51,509 nt of DNA from a virus, in the IMG/VR virus record IMGVR_UViG_3300014025_000004; one strand, 5' to 3'. Both the position numbers and the translations under genes were made by a program. A model generated the notes under the pieces. It saw nothing but the letters and a program-made list of their open reading frames with translations. It searched no databases and was not told the DNA's origin. This document shows positions 24,777 through 32,697 of this stretch, in pieces. How positions within the stretch are numbered: position 1 is the first letter of the stretch; every line of letters starts with the position of its first letter.

Positions 24777-24810
24777 TAGGTATTAGTCGTTAGTCGCTCG
24801 TCATTAGTCA

Positions 24811-25983
24811 TTAATAAAATATTCCTGTTAGGTCTTTTCTCTTGCGGTTTTGACCTAATATTTCTTCTAAAAATACGTACCTTGTGGCATCAATAGCGTG
24901 GTTAAAAGCATCAATAGGTACATTGAGGAAAGCACCACTTTTATCCTGTGCATAGGTGTAATTCTTAAACTCTTTGATGATGTTCTCACTCCTTTGAGTG
25001 ATACATATTTCATACTCTAACATCTTGGTAAGCCCTTCCATAACCGAGCCATGCCCTTTGGTTACCGCGATGATGTTATAGCCTGCATTCTTTATTTCCT
25101 TCACTAATCGAGGGTCGGCACTCTCGGATATAATCTTATAGGAGCGGTGCTGCCGAAGGGTTTGGATAATATCACTGGTGATCATTTGCGTTTGATAGCA
25201 TATTTCGTTTAGATATACCTTATTATCCAAAAAAGCTACCTCCACGATAGCGGTAGGGTCGTGAGTAAAACCAAAGTCAAGGCCTAAGTAACGTTTCTTT
25301 GCCCAAATAGGTATATCCTCCACAATGGTAACTTTTTCAAAGATAAGCCCCTCAATCATTGCTTGTTGTCCTAATCCATATACCTGCCAAAGTGATTTGT
25401 TCTTGTGCTGCAAACTCTCTATCTCGTCAATAATCGTTTGCTCTAAGAATGGGTTATCCTTATAGGTGGATATAAAGTGATAGGTACGAGGGTCTTTGTT
25501 CAGCTCGCAAAGCCAATGGTCATCAGAGAAGGATGGGTTATAATCCACAATAGAGAATTGAGTAGTACGCATTTTCAGCTGTTGGAACTCGATAAACTTG
25601 AGTTCGTTAGCTTCATTTACATATAATATATCACGCTTGCGCCCTCGGAGCTTTTGCTCGCTATCTGTGGAAAAGAACTCAACCCATGAACCATTGGCAA
25701 AGGTGTATATCATTTCAGACTTATTGATACTATCTTCATCAAATACATTTAGCTTGTATAATATCTCCTTGAAATCGACAAATACAGACCCTTTGAGAGC
25801 AGGCAGGGTAGCTCGGACAATCGAAAGGCGTGTCTTAGGGTGCGATAAGCAATAGACAATAAGCCAAATCAGGATATTATAGGTTTTGGAACTACGGCTG
25901 GATCCTTGCGCCGATACAGTGGTATATCCTTGCTTAATTGCATTATCTACTTTGGTGTATATGTTAGTTGTCTGTATTATCAT
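24811..25983 (-). CDS. terL: Terminase large subunit
   Basis: 390 aa. Deviant Walker A AQGSSRSSKT, a nuclease-half acidic pattern, and position after TerS. Confidence 0.8.
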   Translation of the reverse strand: MIIQTTNIYTKVDNAIKQGYTTVSAQGSSRSSKTYNILIWLIVYCLSHPKTRLSIVRATLPALKGSVFVDFKEILYKLNVFDEDSINKSEMIYTFANGSWVEFFSTDSEQKLRGRKRDILYVNEANELKFIEFQQLKMRTTQFSIVDYNPSFSDDHWLCELNKDPRTYHFISTYKDNPFLEQTIIDEIESLQHKNKSLWQVYGLGQQAMIEGLIFEKVTIVEDIPIWAKKRYLGLDFGFTHDPTAIVEVAFLDNKVYLNEICYQTQMITSDIIQTLRQHRSYKIISESADPRLVKEIKNAGYNIIAVTKGHGSVMEGLTKMLEYEICITQRSENIIKEFKNYTYAQDKSGAFLNVPIDAFNHAIDATRYVFLEEILGQNRKRKDLTGIFY

Positions 25984-26428
25984 CGGTTCGTACTTGTTCT
26001 CGCTTGTCTATTACTTCAATGGTGATCCCTTGAGATAGAGGGCTGCCAGCGGTGGTGATGTCCAGTTTGTCAATTACTCCGTCCTCAACACGGAAAGTGG
26101 ATAGAATTGTTTGCATGGCAGTCATACGAGTGCGATAATCAACAGGCACTTCTCGGAATTTTCCTTGTATTACAGTGCCTTCTTCGTCTGTTATAGGCTC
26201 TTTGATAATTCCTGCCATAGCGATAAGGGTCATTGTATTGGATACCTCGTTAAATACCCTCGCTCTATGTGCCTTTTGTACCTCTAATAGTTCAGGATTT
26301 TTGCGAATACGACTATATACAGACACGTATGTAACGCCAAGTATCTCAGCCGCTTTGGTAGGTTGTCCATTGGCTTTGATAAGGGCTTTCTTTAATTGTT
26401 CATCTGTATATGTTTTTTCCTTTGCCAT
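25964..26428 (-). CDS. terS: Terminase small subunit (HTH)
   Basis: 154 aa. TKAAEILGVTYVSVYSRIRKN is an HTH. Overlaps the terL start by 20 nt. Confidence 0.6.
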   Translation of the reverse strand: MAKEKTYTDEQLKKALIKANGQPTKAAEILGVTYVSVYSRIRKNPELLEVQKAHRARVFNEVSNTMTLIAMAGIIKEPITDEEGTVIQGKFREVPVDYRTRMTAMQTILSTFRVEDGVIDKLDITTAGSPLSQGITIEVIDKREQVRTDDNTDN

Positions 26429-26455
26429 TATATTAATTTATATAAATCATTAGGT

Positions 26456-27259
26456 TCAGTCTATTCGCTCTATACTATTAGAAAATTCCTCTCCTATAAT
26501 CATTTTTTCATAAGGATCATAACCCATACGTATCATAAAAGCCTCTTTGTGTTTAGGATTTTGAAACTTGACCACTACATAAGATAGCATACCTCCGTCT
26601 TTGTCTGAATTGTTTGTGTTACTGATACGGTCTTTTACTTTCTGTATTTCGTTATGTCGTGCGATTTGGTTCTCTGGAGTATCCTCATAGAAATTTACAG
26701 AGCGGTCAATACTGCGATTTTCCTCACTCTCTTTGGTAGCCTCGTCAATGGCTTGTAGTGCTTCATCTTCTTCTGTGTTTTTTGACCATTGTTGAGTTGT
26801 GGAAGTGTCATCAAAGGAATAAGACGAATAATCATCTACACTTACACTATACATAGAAATATCAAAATCAGTTAATCCTGCTTCTTGGTAGTTATCAAGG
26901 TCAGGAACTAAAGCACGCATCAGGTCATCATCTAAGGGTGTTTGGCTTTTGGTGTGCCATATATTACGAGCTTTTTCTGTTTTAAGGTCAAACTCGGCAA
27001 CTTCCACTTTGATAGGATAATCTGTTTCAGGAGTGCCGTTATACTTGTGATATAGGTCATGTGCCATTACCCGTTTGTGTCCATCAATGAGATTACCTGT
27101 TACTTTGTTCCAAACAATGCCACCATAGAAACCATTCTTTTTAAGGTCTTTTAGAATTGCTTTTACCTGCTCGTCTGTGTGCTTCTTTGGATTGTAAGGA
27201 GCAAAGTGTATTTGTGATCTGTTTATGGTTTGTGTTTCTGATTGCTTAAACTCTTTCAT
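26456..27259 (-). CDS. ParB-like nuclease (ParB/Srx fold) domain protein
   Basis: 267 aa. YNPKKHTDEQV...GNLIDGHKRVMAH gives the DGHxR motif. Acidic C-terminal half. Confidence 0.75.
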   Translation of the reverse strand: MKEFKQSETQTINRSQIHFAPYNPKKHTDEQVKAILKDLKKNGFYGGIVWNKVTGNLIDGHKRVMAHDLYHKYNGTPETDYPIKVEVAEFDLKTEKARNIWHTKSQTPLDDDLMRALVPDLDNYQEAGLTDFDISMYSVSVDDYSSYSFDDTSTTQQWSKNTEEDEALQAIDEATKESEENRSIDRSVNFYEDTPENQIARHNEIQKVKDRISNTNNSDKDGGMLSYVVVKFQNPKHKEAFMIRMGYDPYEKMIIGEEFSNSIERID

Positions 27260-27953
27260 TGGTTCGTGTTTTTTGAGGTTCTTGATGTAAGGCTACTTCA
27301 GCATAAGGAAACTCTTGGAGTATCTTCTTTAGGTCATTAGGGTAGTACTTTTGAAGGAATGATAAAGTCTCATAATCTAACCCTACCCCTTGACTTACAG
27401 ACTTAGCTACATATACCATCGGTTTGATAAGATTACGATTAGCTATGTACGATAATACTTCTTTGTTTGTCCATAATGCTAATGGATATACCATACCTTT
27501 AGGAGAGGTGAAAGTAGGCGCCCACATTTTAAGGCGCATGCGTTTCATAAAACCATCTACACCTTTCATTCCTGAAAAGGCATATTGTGAGTTGCATTCT
27601 TGCATTACAGATTGTTCAATCTCACCTATTTTACGTACTTTTGTATCAGGTTCTTCATCACAGAAAAAGCCGTTTTTCTTGATAACATCTAACATCATAT
27701 GTGGAATTTGGCGTACTTCTACGTTTGGGTATTTTTTGATTGCCCAGTCTATGTATATCTGTATATGCTCTAAGTCTTTGACAAGGTACATAAAATAACA
27801 TATTACCTTTTTAAAGCGAGGGGCGAGCATATCAAGTAGTGCAATGCTGTCTTTGCCCCCTGCCGAATAGAATAATACAGCCGTATCCGTTTGGGTACGG
27901 ATAGACTGTATTATTGCTTGTGTTTGTGCGAATTTAGACATAATGTTATCCAT
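27246..27953 (-). CDS. PAPS reductase-family PP-loop protein (IbrA/DndC-like)
   Basis: 235 aa. VLFYSAGGKDSIALLDM is a PP-loop SGGKDS-type motif. Overlaps the ParB-like gene by 14 nt. Confidence 0.8.
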   Translation of the reverse strand: MDNIMSKFAQTQAIIQSIRTQTDTAVLFYSAGGKDSIALLDMLAPRFKKVICYFMYLVKDLEHIQIYIDWAIKKYPNVEVRQIPHMMLDVIKKNGFFCDEEPDTKVRKIGEIEQSVMQECNSQYAFSGMKGVDGFMKRMRLKMWAPTFTSPKGMVYPLALWTNKEVLSYIANRNLIKPMVYVAKSVSQGVGLDYETLSFLQKYYPNDLKKILQEFPYAEVALHQEPQKTRTNERV

Positions 27954-28112
27954 TTCCCCCTTTAGCTGTTGCTACATCTTTGTTTGCCGGCTTCTTCTTT
28001 CTGAAGATATTACTTACTCTTGTTCTCACATTGTTGTAAGTGTTTCTAATACGATTTGCAATTCTTTTAAACATAATTTGCTGGTTTTTAAAATATTAAT
28101 ATATTAATAAAA

Positions 28113-28151
28113 AGAGGTTGCAAGCGTTTTTTTTAACTACTTGCAACCTCT
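28113..28151. terminator. Strong hairpin terminator (12-bp stem), usable on both strands
   Basis: agaggttgcaag (28113-28124) pairs with cttgcaacctct (28140-28151). T-runs follow on both strands. Confidence 0.65.
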
Positions 28152-28173
28152 GTAGGTTTTTTATTATTGGTTT

Positions 28174-28587
28174 TTAAATAAGATCCTCTTCTTTTACGAA
28201 ATTATCTGTTAGAGGTGGTCTGTTTGGGTCAAAGAATTTGTCTGTATTTTTGCTTTCTATTATATCACCTAAATGATACGCCATAAAACACAATACACAC
28301 TCTTCACCTGTTTGATCGTCGATATAGGTAATATCATTACCGTTTTCATCTGTTTCAAATACAACTTCTTCTTTAAGTACTTGTATAGTCAGTTCAGGTA
28401 TAGGGTGTGTACGCCCATTCATTAAACGCAGCGCGTCGTACTTTATTACCTTCATCTTTTCAGTGTTAGGGTTGGTAAAATACCTATCTATTGTATTAGG
28501 TTGAATTTTGCGCGTTTCAATTTTCTGCACCCCTTTTAAGATAGCTTCAAAGTTACCACCTAAGATTTGTAATGTTAGTATTTTCAT
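28174..28587 (-). CDS. ASCH (PUA-like fold) domain protein
   Basis: 137 aa. MKILTLQILGGNFEAILKGVQKIETRK fits the ASCH N-terminal pattern. Confidence 0.55.
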   Translation of the reverse strand: MKILTLQILGGNFEAILKGVQKIETRKIQPNTIDRYFTNPNTEKMKVIKYDALRLMNGRTHPIPELTIQVLKEEVVFETDENGNDITYIDDQTGEECVLCFMAYHLGDIIESKNTDKFFDPNRPPLTDNFVKEEDLI

Positions 28588-28652
28588 TTATTACCTTGTA
28601 TTAAGTTGCAATATTATTTCAAAGACCCTGTATATACCCTTGGTATATAGGG

Positions 28653-28730
28653 CAAAGGTACGACATGGCTCGCAAAGGGCTGCTATACTCGTTTGTTTTT
28701 TCTTTGTATTTTCTTTGTGTTTTTTTTGTT
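28653..28730 (-). promoter_or_regulatory. Second copy of the bipartite late-type promoter
   Basis: caaaggta at 28653-28660, a 42-nt spacer, and an identical 28-mer at 28703-28730. Confidence 0.5.
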
Positions 28731-28789
28731 CTGATACATCTGCAAAGATACGAAAAATAATTTTAACCGCTTTAAAAACGAGGGGCTTT

Positions 28790-29041
28790 TTATGCAACGA
28801 GGTTGAATTTCTTAAATGAACGATATTCTTGCTTTTCAGTGTCATAATACACCTGTACAGTATCATTAGTTTTGCGGTTGGTGGTGTGCTCTGTAGGGGG
28901 TACTATATCAGGGCAAATCGTACCCCAGTCCTCTCTGATGGTGCCATCTACTTTGAGAAAGTAAAAGCGCACGATTTGGCTTTTCATTTTGGCTTTGAGC
29001 TTGATATTTACCCACGCTTTTTTAAGGTCTGTATTTTTCAT
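28790..29041 (-). CDS. Small hypothetical protein (83 aa), SH3-like phage protein style
   Basis: VRFYFLKVDGTIREDWGTICPDIVP. Confidence 0.45.
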   Translation of the reverse strand: MKNTDLKKAWVNIKLKAKMKSQIVRFYFLKVDGTIREDWGTICPDIVPPTEHTTNRKTNDTVQVYYDTEKQEYRSFKKFNLVA

Positions 29042-29054
29042 TTTGGTAGGTGTT

Positions 29055-29276
29055 TTAATTGTTAGCTAAATAGTTCAATAATTCTTCTTTGCTGCTGAAA
29101 ATTTCACTTTCATTAAATGTGTTATTTTGATAGTTAAATATTTTGTAAGTAATGCTAATGCTATTATCATAAGCTACTAAGTGAATGTCTATGACTGCAA
29201 TTTCACCGCTTTTTATTCTATTTTCGTGTATGAAATAGACTTTTTGATTGGTTGAGTATTTGGTTTCTACTTTCAT
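29055..29276 (-). CDS. Hypothetical protein (73 aa)
   Basis: ORF in an operon context. Confidence 0.45.
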   Translation of the reverse strand: MKVETKYSTNQKVYFIHENRIKSGEIAVIDIHLVAYDNSISITYKIFNYQNNTFNESEIFSSKEELLNYLANN

Positions 29277-29303
29277 TTTGGTAGGTGTTTTAGGTGTTAC
29301 TGA

Positions 29304-29708
29304 TTATATTGAGTGATCTATGTTAGGAGCGCATTTATATTGTGTTTTTAGCTTTTCAAGGGCTTTTTCAGTCACATAATACAGCCCCTCTGTTTGCTCT
29401 GATTTGGTTATGCCGCGCCCTTTTAGTGGCAAAGCAGTACGTACAGCATAACAGCCATAAGAGTACTGATAGACGATTTGCGCCCCTATTTGGTTTGCCT
29501 TATTAACGTAGCTTTCTACTGCTCTCTGATGATTACCTTTTGCCATGCGATAACTGGTAGTGGTTTGCTCGAATATACAGGTAATAGTGTCCATGTCAAA
29601 GACTGTAGTTTGGTAATTTTTGAAATCGACATCATAGATAGTACTGATATAGTATTTGTCTGCTATGAGATCTGCTAGGTTTAATATTGGTTGAATAGTG
29701 GGTGTCAT
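29304..29708 (-). CDS. Hypothetical protein (134 aa) with a C-terminal LKGRGITKSE domain
   Basis: The C-terminal 50 aa are paralogous to the 70-aa protein at 30399-30611. Confidence 0.55.
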   Translation of the reverse strand: MTPTIQPILNLADLIADKYYISTIYDVDFKNYQTTVFDMDTITCIFEQTTTSYRMAKGNHQRAVESYVNKANQIGAQIVYQYSYGCYAVRTALPLKGRGITKSEQTEGLYYVTEKALEKLKTQYKCAPNIDHSI

Positions 29709-29778
29709 AGGGTTACTTGATTTAGGTGTTACTAGTTGAAAAATTGAGCCTTTTTGCGCCTTGCTCAGGGCGTTGTGA

Positions 29779-30078
29779 TTAGTAAAGGTAGCGCGATTGT
29801 CTTTTTAGTTCTTCTTCGTTTCGAGGGTATTCTACAAATACAAAGGTATTACCGCCGCTTAGTATCTCACCAGTTGCTTCATCATAGTGTATTTTTTCAA
29901 ACTTTTCAGCAACTTTTTTCACCTCTTTCACTTGTTCTGTATTAGGTACAAATTTAAGTGTTACGTTAATGCTACCACCATCGCACCTTACAGATACCTT
30001 TTTATTGTTGTAGCCTAATTGTTTTAATTCTTGTCTGATAGTTTTAGCTCTTTCAGTTGTCGGTATATAAGTATACAT
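29779..30078 (-). CDS. Hypothetical protein (99 aa)
   Basis: ORF in an operon context. Confidence 0.5.
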   Translation of the reverse strand: MYTYIPTTERAKTIRQELKQLGYNNKKVSVRCDGGSINVTLKFVPNTEQVKEVKKVAEKFEKIHYDEATGEILSGGNTFVFVEYPRNEEELKRQSRYLY

Positions 30079-30114
30079 AATAATTTGATCTAAAAGGTTA
30101 TTAAATTGAGTTTA

Positions 30115-30143
30115 AAAGCAGTTTAAAGACTTGCTTAGGTCTG
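30115..30143 (-). repeat. 29-nt intercistronic repeat, copy 1
   Basis: aaagcagtttaaagacttgcttaggtctg. It starts 7 nt after the stop of the upstream small gene. Confidence 0.8.
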
Positions 30144-30149
30144 ATTGTT

Positions 30150-30332
30150 TTACCACGCCCAAAATGAATAATCGTGTGCAAAACCTATTTTTGATGCCCT
30201 GCCATCAGGGTAGAAAATAACGTTCTTAACGTATTTTACTTTTTTAGGCTCGTAACAGTTGTAAATCTCTGTTAGCTCTTTGCGGGCTTTGCGTTTGAGG
30301 CTGTTTGACCATATTTTTGCTACTGCTTTCAT
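30150..30332 (-). CDS. Hypothetical protein (60 aa)
   Basis: ORF in an operon context. Confidence 0.4.
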   Translation of the reverse strand: MKAVAKIWSNSLKRKARKELTEIYNCYEPKKVKYVKNVIFYPDGRASKIGFAHDYSFWAW

Positions 30333-30364
30333 ATTCGTATTTTTTGATTGATTTTTTAAGATTG

Positions 30365-30393
30365 AAAGCAGTTTATAGACTTGCTTAGGTCTG
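30365..30393 (-). repeat. 29-nt intercistronic repeat, copy 2 (1 mismatch)
   Basis: aaagcagtttatagacttgcttaggtctg. Same position relative to the preceding stop codon. Confidence 0.8.
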
Positions 30394-30398
30394 TGATA

Positions 30399-30611
30399 TT
30401 AGTTAGCTAATGAATAAACATCATAACGAGTGCAAGTGTATGTTTTTTCAAGTTTTTGAAAGGCTTTGGGTGTTACAAAGTATATATCATCATTGTATTC
30501 TGATTTAGTTATACCGCGCCCTTTGAGTTCTAATTTTGTACGTACTTCAAACTTACTATAGCACCATTCATAGAATATTTGCGTTTCTTGTTTTTTGATT
30601 GACTCTTTCAT
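30399..30611 (-). CDS. Hypothetical protein (70 aa), stand-alone LKGRGITKSE domain
   Basis: QIFYEWCYSKFEVRTKLELKGRGITKSEYNDDIYFVTPKAFQKLEKTYTC. Confidence 0.55.
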   Translation of the reverse strand: MKESIKKQETQIFYEWCYSKFEVRTKLELKGRGITKSEYNDDIYFVTPKAFQKLEKTYTCTRYDVYSLAN

Positions 30612-30657
30612 CTTTATATTATTTAATGATTAATACTCTTGTTTCATTTTGACAGTG

Positions 30658-30688
30658 CAAAATTACGTATTGTATTTTACAATACAAA
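30658..30688 (-). promoter_or_regulatory. Leftward promoter TTTG-N19-TAATTTTG with a palindromic operator in the spacer
   Basis: The minus strand reads TTTGtattgtaaaatacaatacgTAATTTTGCACTGTC. The 21-nt core is shared with 48245-48265. Confidence 0.55.
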
Positions 30689-30808
30689 ATATTTAACACG
30701 GTTAGATGAAAATATTTTTTATATAATTGTTTTTCAACGATTTACAAAATAGTAAAAAATGATTATTTGTTAAAATATATCTGTAGAAGAGTTTTGAAAT
30801 AAATATTT

Positions 30809-30839
30809 TTTGTAATTAAAATTACAATACGTATCTTTG
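30809..30839 (+). promoter_or_regulatory. Rightward promoter TTTG-N19-TATCTTTG for the RHH/P63C cassette
   Basis: TTTGtaattaaaattacaatacgTATCTTTG. TACAATACG abuts the -7 box, as in the divergent promoter. Confidence 0.55.
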
Positions 30840-30863
30840 CAAAAAAATTAAACTATCAGAAAC

Positions 30864-31049
30864 ATGAAATCAAATGCTATTAGTTTTAGGTTTTCAGAAG
30901 AAACAATATACCTAATAAAAAAACTTGCAGAGCTTGAACAGAGGAGTATCACTAATACAATAGAGGTGCTTGTTCATAAGGAAGCTAAAAAGCAGAAAAT
31001 AAAATATCAACCCAAAGAGGATGATAAGCAAGACAAGAAAGAGGAATAA
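30864..31049 (+). CDS. Ribbon-helix-helix (CopG/Arc-like) small DNA-binding protein
   Basis: 61 aa. KSNAISFRFSEETIYLIKKLAELEQRSITNTIEVLV fits a beta-alpha-alpha pattern. Confidence 0.5.
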   Translation: MKSNAISFRFSEETIYLIKKLAELEQRSITNTIEVLVHKEAKKQKIKYQPKEDDKQDKKEE

Positions 31050-31073
31050 AAACCAAATTATAAAGATAATACA

Positions 31074-31973
31074 ATGAACAAAAGTCAAATTTCACATGAA
31101 GGAGTTCTAAATTTAGGAGGTATATCTATACCTTGCTATGTGCTTGAAGATGGGACAAGGGTTCTATCAGGAAGAGGTATGCAAGAGGCATTAAAAATGG
31201 TTGATGATGTAGAGGAAGGCAAACAAACAGCAGGTACACGATTGACTCGATATTTGAATCAAAAAAGCCTTAAACCCTTTATTTATAAGGATAAGGAACA
31301 GGACCACTTTAAACCTATCATCTGTTATAAGGGCACGATGAAGATTAATGGTTATGAAGCAACTATCTTGGCGGATATTTGTGAAGCTTTTCTTGAAGCT
31401 CGTAACATTATAGAACTTTCTACTCGTCAAAAGATTATAGCTGATCAATGCGAAATTCTTATCAGAGGATTCGCAAGAGTAGGAATCACTGCTCTTGTTG
31501 ATGAAGCTACAGGGTATCAATATGAAAGGGAAAGAGATGCTTTACAAGTTATTCTAAAAGCTTATATAAACGAGGAACTTTTAAAGTGGCAAAAGACGTT
31601 TCCTGATATGTTTTATTACGAGATATTTAGGTTGAACAAGTGGGATTATACAGTAAAAGGCATTCAGAAGAGACCAGGTGTTATTGGGAAGTGGACAAAT
31701 CAATTAATATACAAACAATTACCTAAAGGAGTACTTGAAGAATTAAAAAATAAAACACCTAAAAGCATAGAGGGAAATTATACAGCTCGTTTCTTTCAAA
31801 GTTTAACTCCCGATATAGGGCACCCTGCATTAACAGCTCAGATATATAAAATAATTGCCCTTATGAATATTTCTAATAACTGGAAAGAGTTTAGAAGTAA
31901 TTTTATTAGAATGGTTAATAGGGAAAATGGTCAATTAGAATTTGATTTTGATAATGAAGACGATGATTTGTAA
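31074..31973 (+). CDS. P63C-domain protein
   Basis: 299 aa. RGMQEALKM...LTRYLNQKSLKPFI...KWQKTFPDMFYYEIFRLNKW. Confidence 0.55.
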   Translation: MNKSQISHEGVLNLGGISIPCYVLEDGTRVLSGRGMQEALKMVDDVEEGKQTAGTRLTRYLNQKSLKPFIYKDKEQDHFKPIICYKGTMKINGYEATILADICEAFLEARNIIELSTRQKIIADQCEILIRGFARVGITALVDEATGYQYERERDALQVILKAYINEELLKWQKTFPDMFYYEIFRLNKWDYTVKGIQKRPGVIGKWTNQLIYKQLPKGVLEELKNKTPKSIEGNYTARFFQSLTPDIGHPALTAQIYKIIALMNISNNWKEFRSNFIRMVNRENGQLEFDFDNEDDDL

Positions 31974-31995
31974 ATGCTTTTATGTTCATAAAAAA

Positions 31996-32020
31996 CACCA
32001 CTCCTGATTTAGGAGTGGTG
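31996..32020 (-). terminator. Intrinsic terminator (10-bp stem); the T-run is on the minus strand
   Basis: caccactcct-gattt-aggagtggtg, followed on the minus strand by TTTTTT. Confidence 0.7.
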
Positions 32021-32055
32021 CCAATGAAACACATCAAAAATACGAATGAAGAACG

Positions 32056-32301
32056 TTATAATATCTTCTTTTCCACGGCTTGGTATAGCTTTTGGTACTC
32101 TGTAACCATTAGCATGCTGCTATGTTCTTTGCGGTAATAGCCCACGCTTGCAGGGGAAATACCCAAAAAAGCGGCTATATCCTTTTGTGAGGACAGGGAG
32201 TGCTTACACGCCAATCCGCAAAATAGCTTGAGGTAAATTGTGCGACTTGCTATGGCTTCCGTGGTGGTGTCTTCTATGGCTGTTTTTATCTTTTCAAGCA
32301 T
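32056..32301 (-). CDS. Small HTH protein (DnaA domain IV-like pattern)
   Basis: 81 aa. IYLKLFCGLACKHSLSSQKDIAAFLGISPASVGYYRKEH. Confidence 0.4.
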   Translation of the reverse strand: MLEKIKTAIEDTTTEAIASRTIYLKLFCGLACKHSLSSQKDIAAFLGISPASVGYYRKEHSSMLMVTEYQKLYQAVEKKIL

Positions 32302-32328
32302 GGTATATCAGTTATCAGTTGTCAGTTG

Positions 32329-32697
32329 TTAGTTGTCAGTGGTGTTTAGTTCCTCTTCTATGATCGCCTTGAACTCGTCAAAGCTGTAGCATACATAGTA
32401 CTTATATCCGAGCGCCTCGGCTTTTTGTTGAAAGGCTTTTTGGTGCTCTGTCTGTTTGTTTCCTTTGATTTTCATCTCTATATAGAGGCTTTTACCTTGG
32501 GGGAGCATTACTACTAAGTCTGCCACTCCTGCCAGGACACCTTCTTCTTTGAGGCGTTTGGCTTCTGCACTGTTGCGCAATCCACCATTAGGAACGGCAT
32601 AGATAAGGTACTGCGGGTATTTGTATCGGAAATAGCGCACGCACATTTGTTGAAGTTGGCTTTCTTGGTACATGGTTAGGTGATTTTTATTGTCCAT
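32329..32697 (-). CDS. VRR-NUC domain nuclease
   Basis: 122 aa. VPNGG...GVADLVVMLPQGKSLYIEMKIKGNKQTEHQKAF gives the PD-(D/E)xK motif D..E-M-K. Confidence 0.75.
   Translation of the reverse strand: MDNKNHLTMYQESQLQQMCVRYFRYKYPQYLIYAVPNGGLRNSAEAKRLKEEGVLAGVADLVVMLPQGKSLYIEMKIKGNKQTEHQKAFQQKAEALGYKYYVCYSFDEFKAIIEEELNTTDN

Noticed and set aside
27946-28074. 42-aa highly basic minus-strand ORF (MFKRIANRIRNTYNNVRTRVSNIFRKKKPANK...) overlapping the PAPS-reductase start
   Set aside because: It is too short and compositionally simple to call from sequence alone. It is mentioned only as a possibility within the ParB/PAPS-reductase finding.
28591-28866. 91-aa minus-strand ORF upstream of the ASCH gene
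   Set aside because: It covers the duplicated promoter module and overlaps the 3' end of the 83-aa gene in another frame. Its composition is typical of non-coding sequence.
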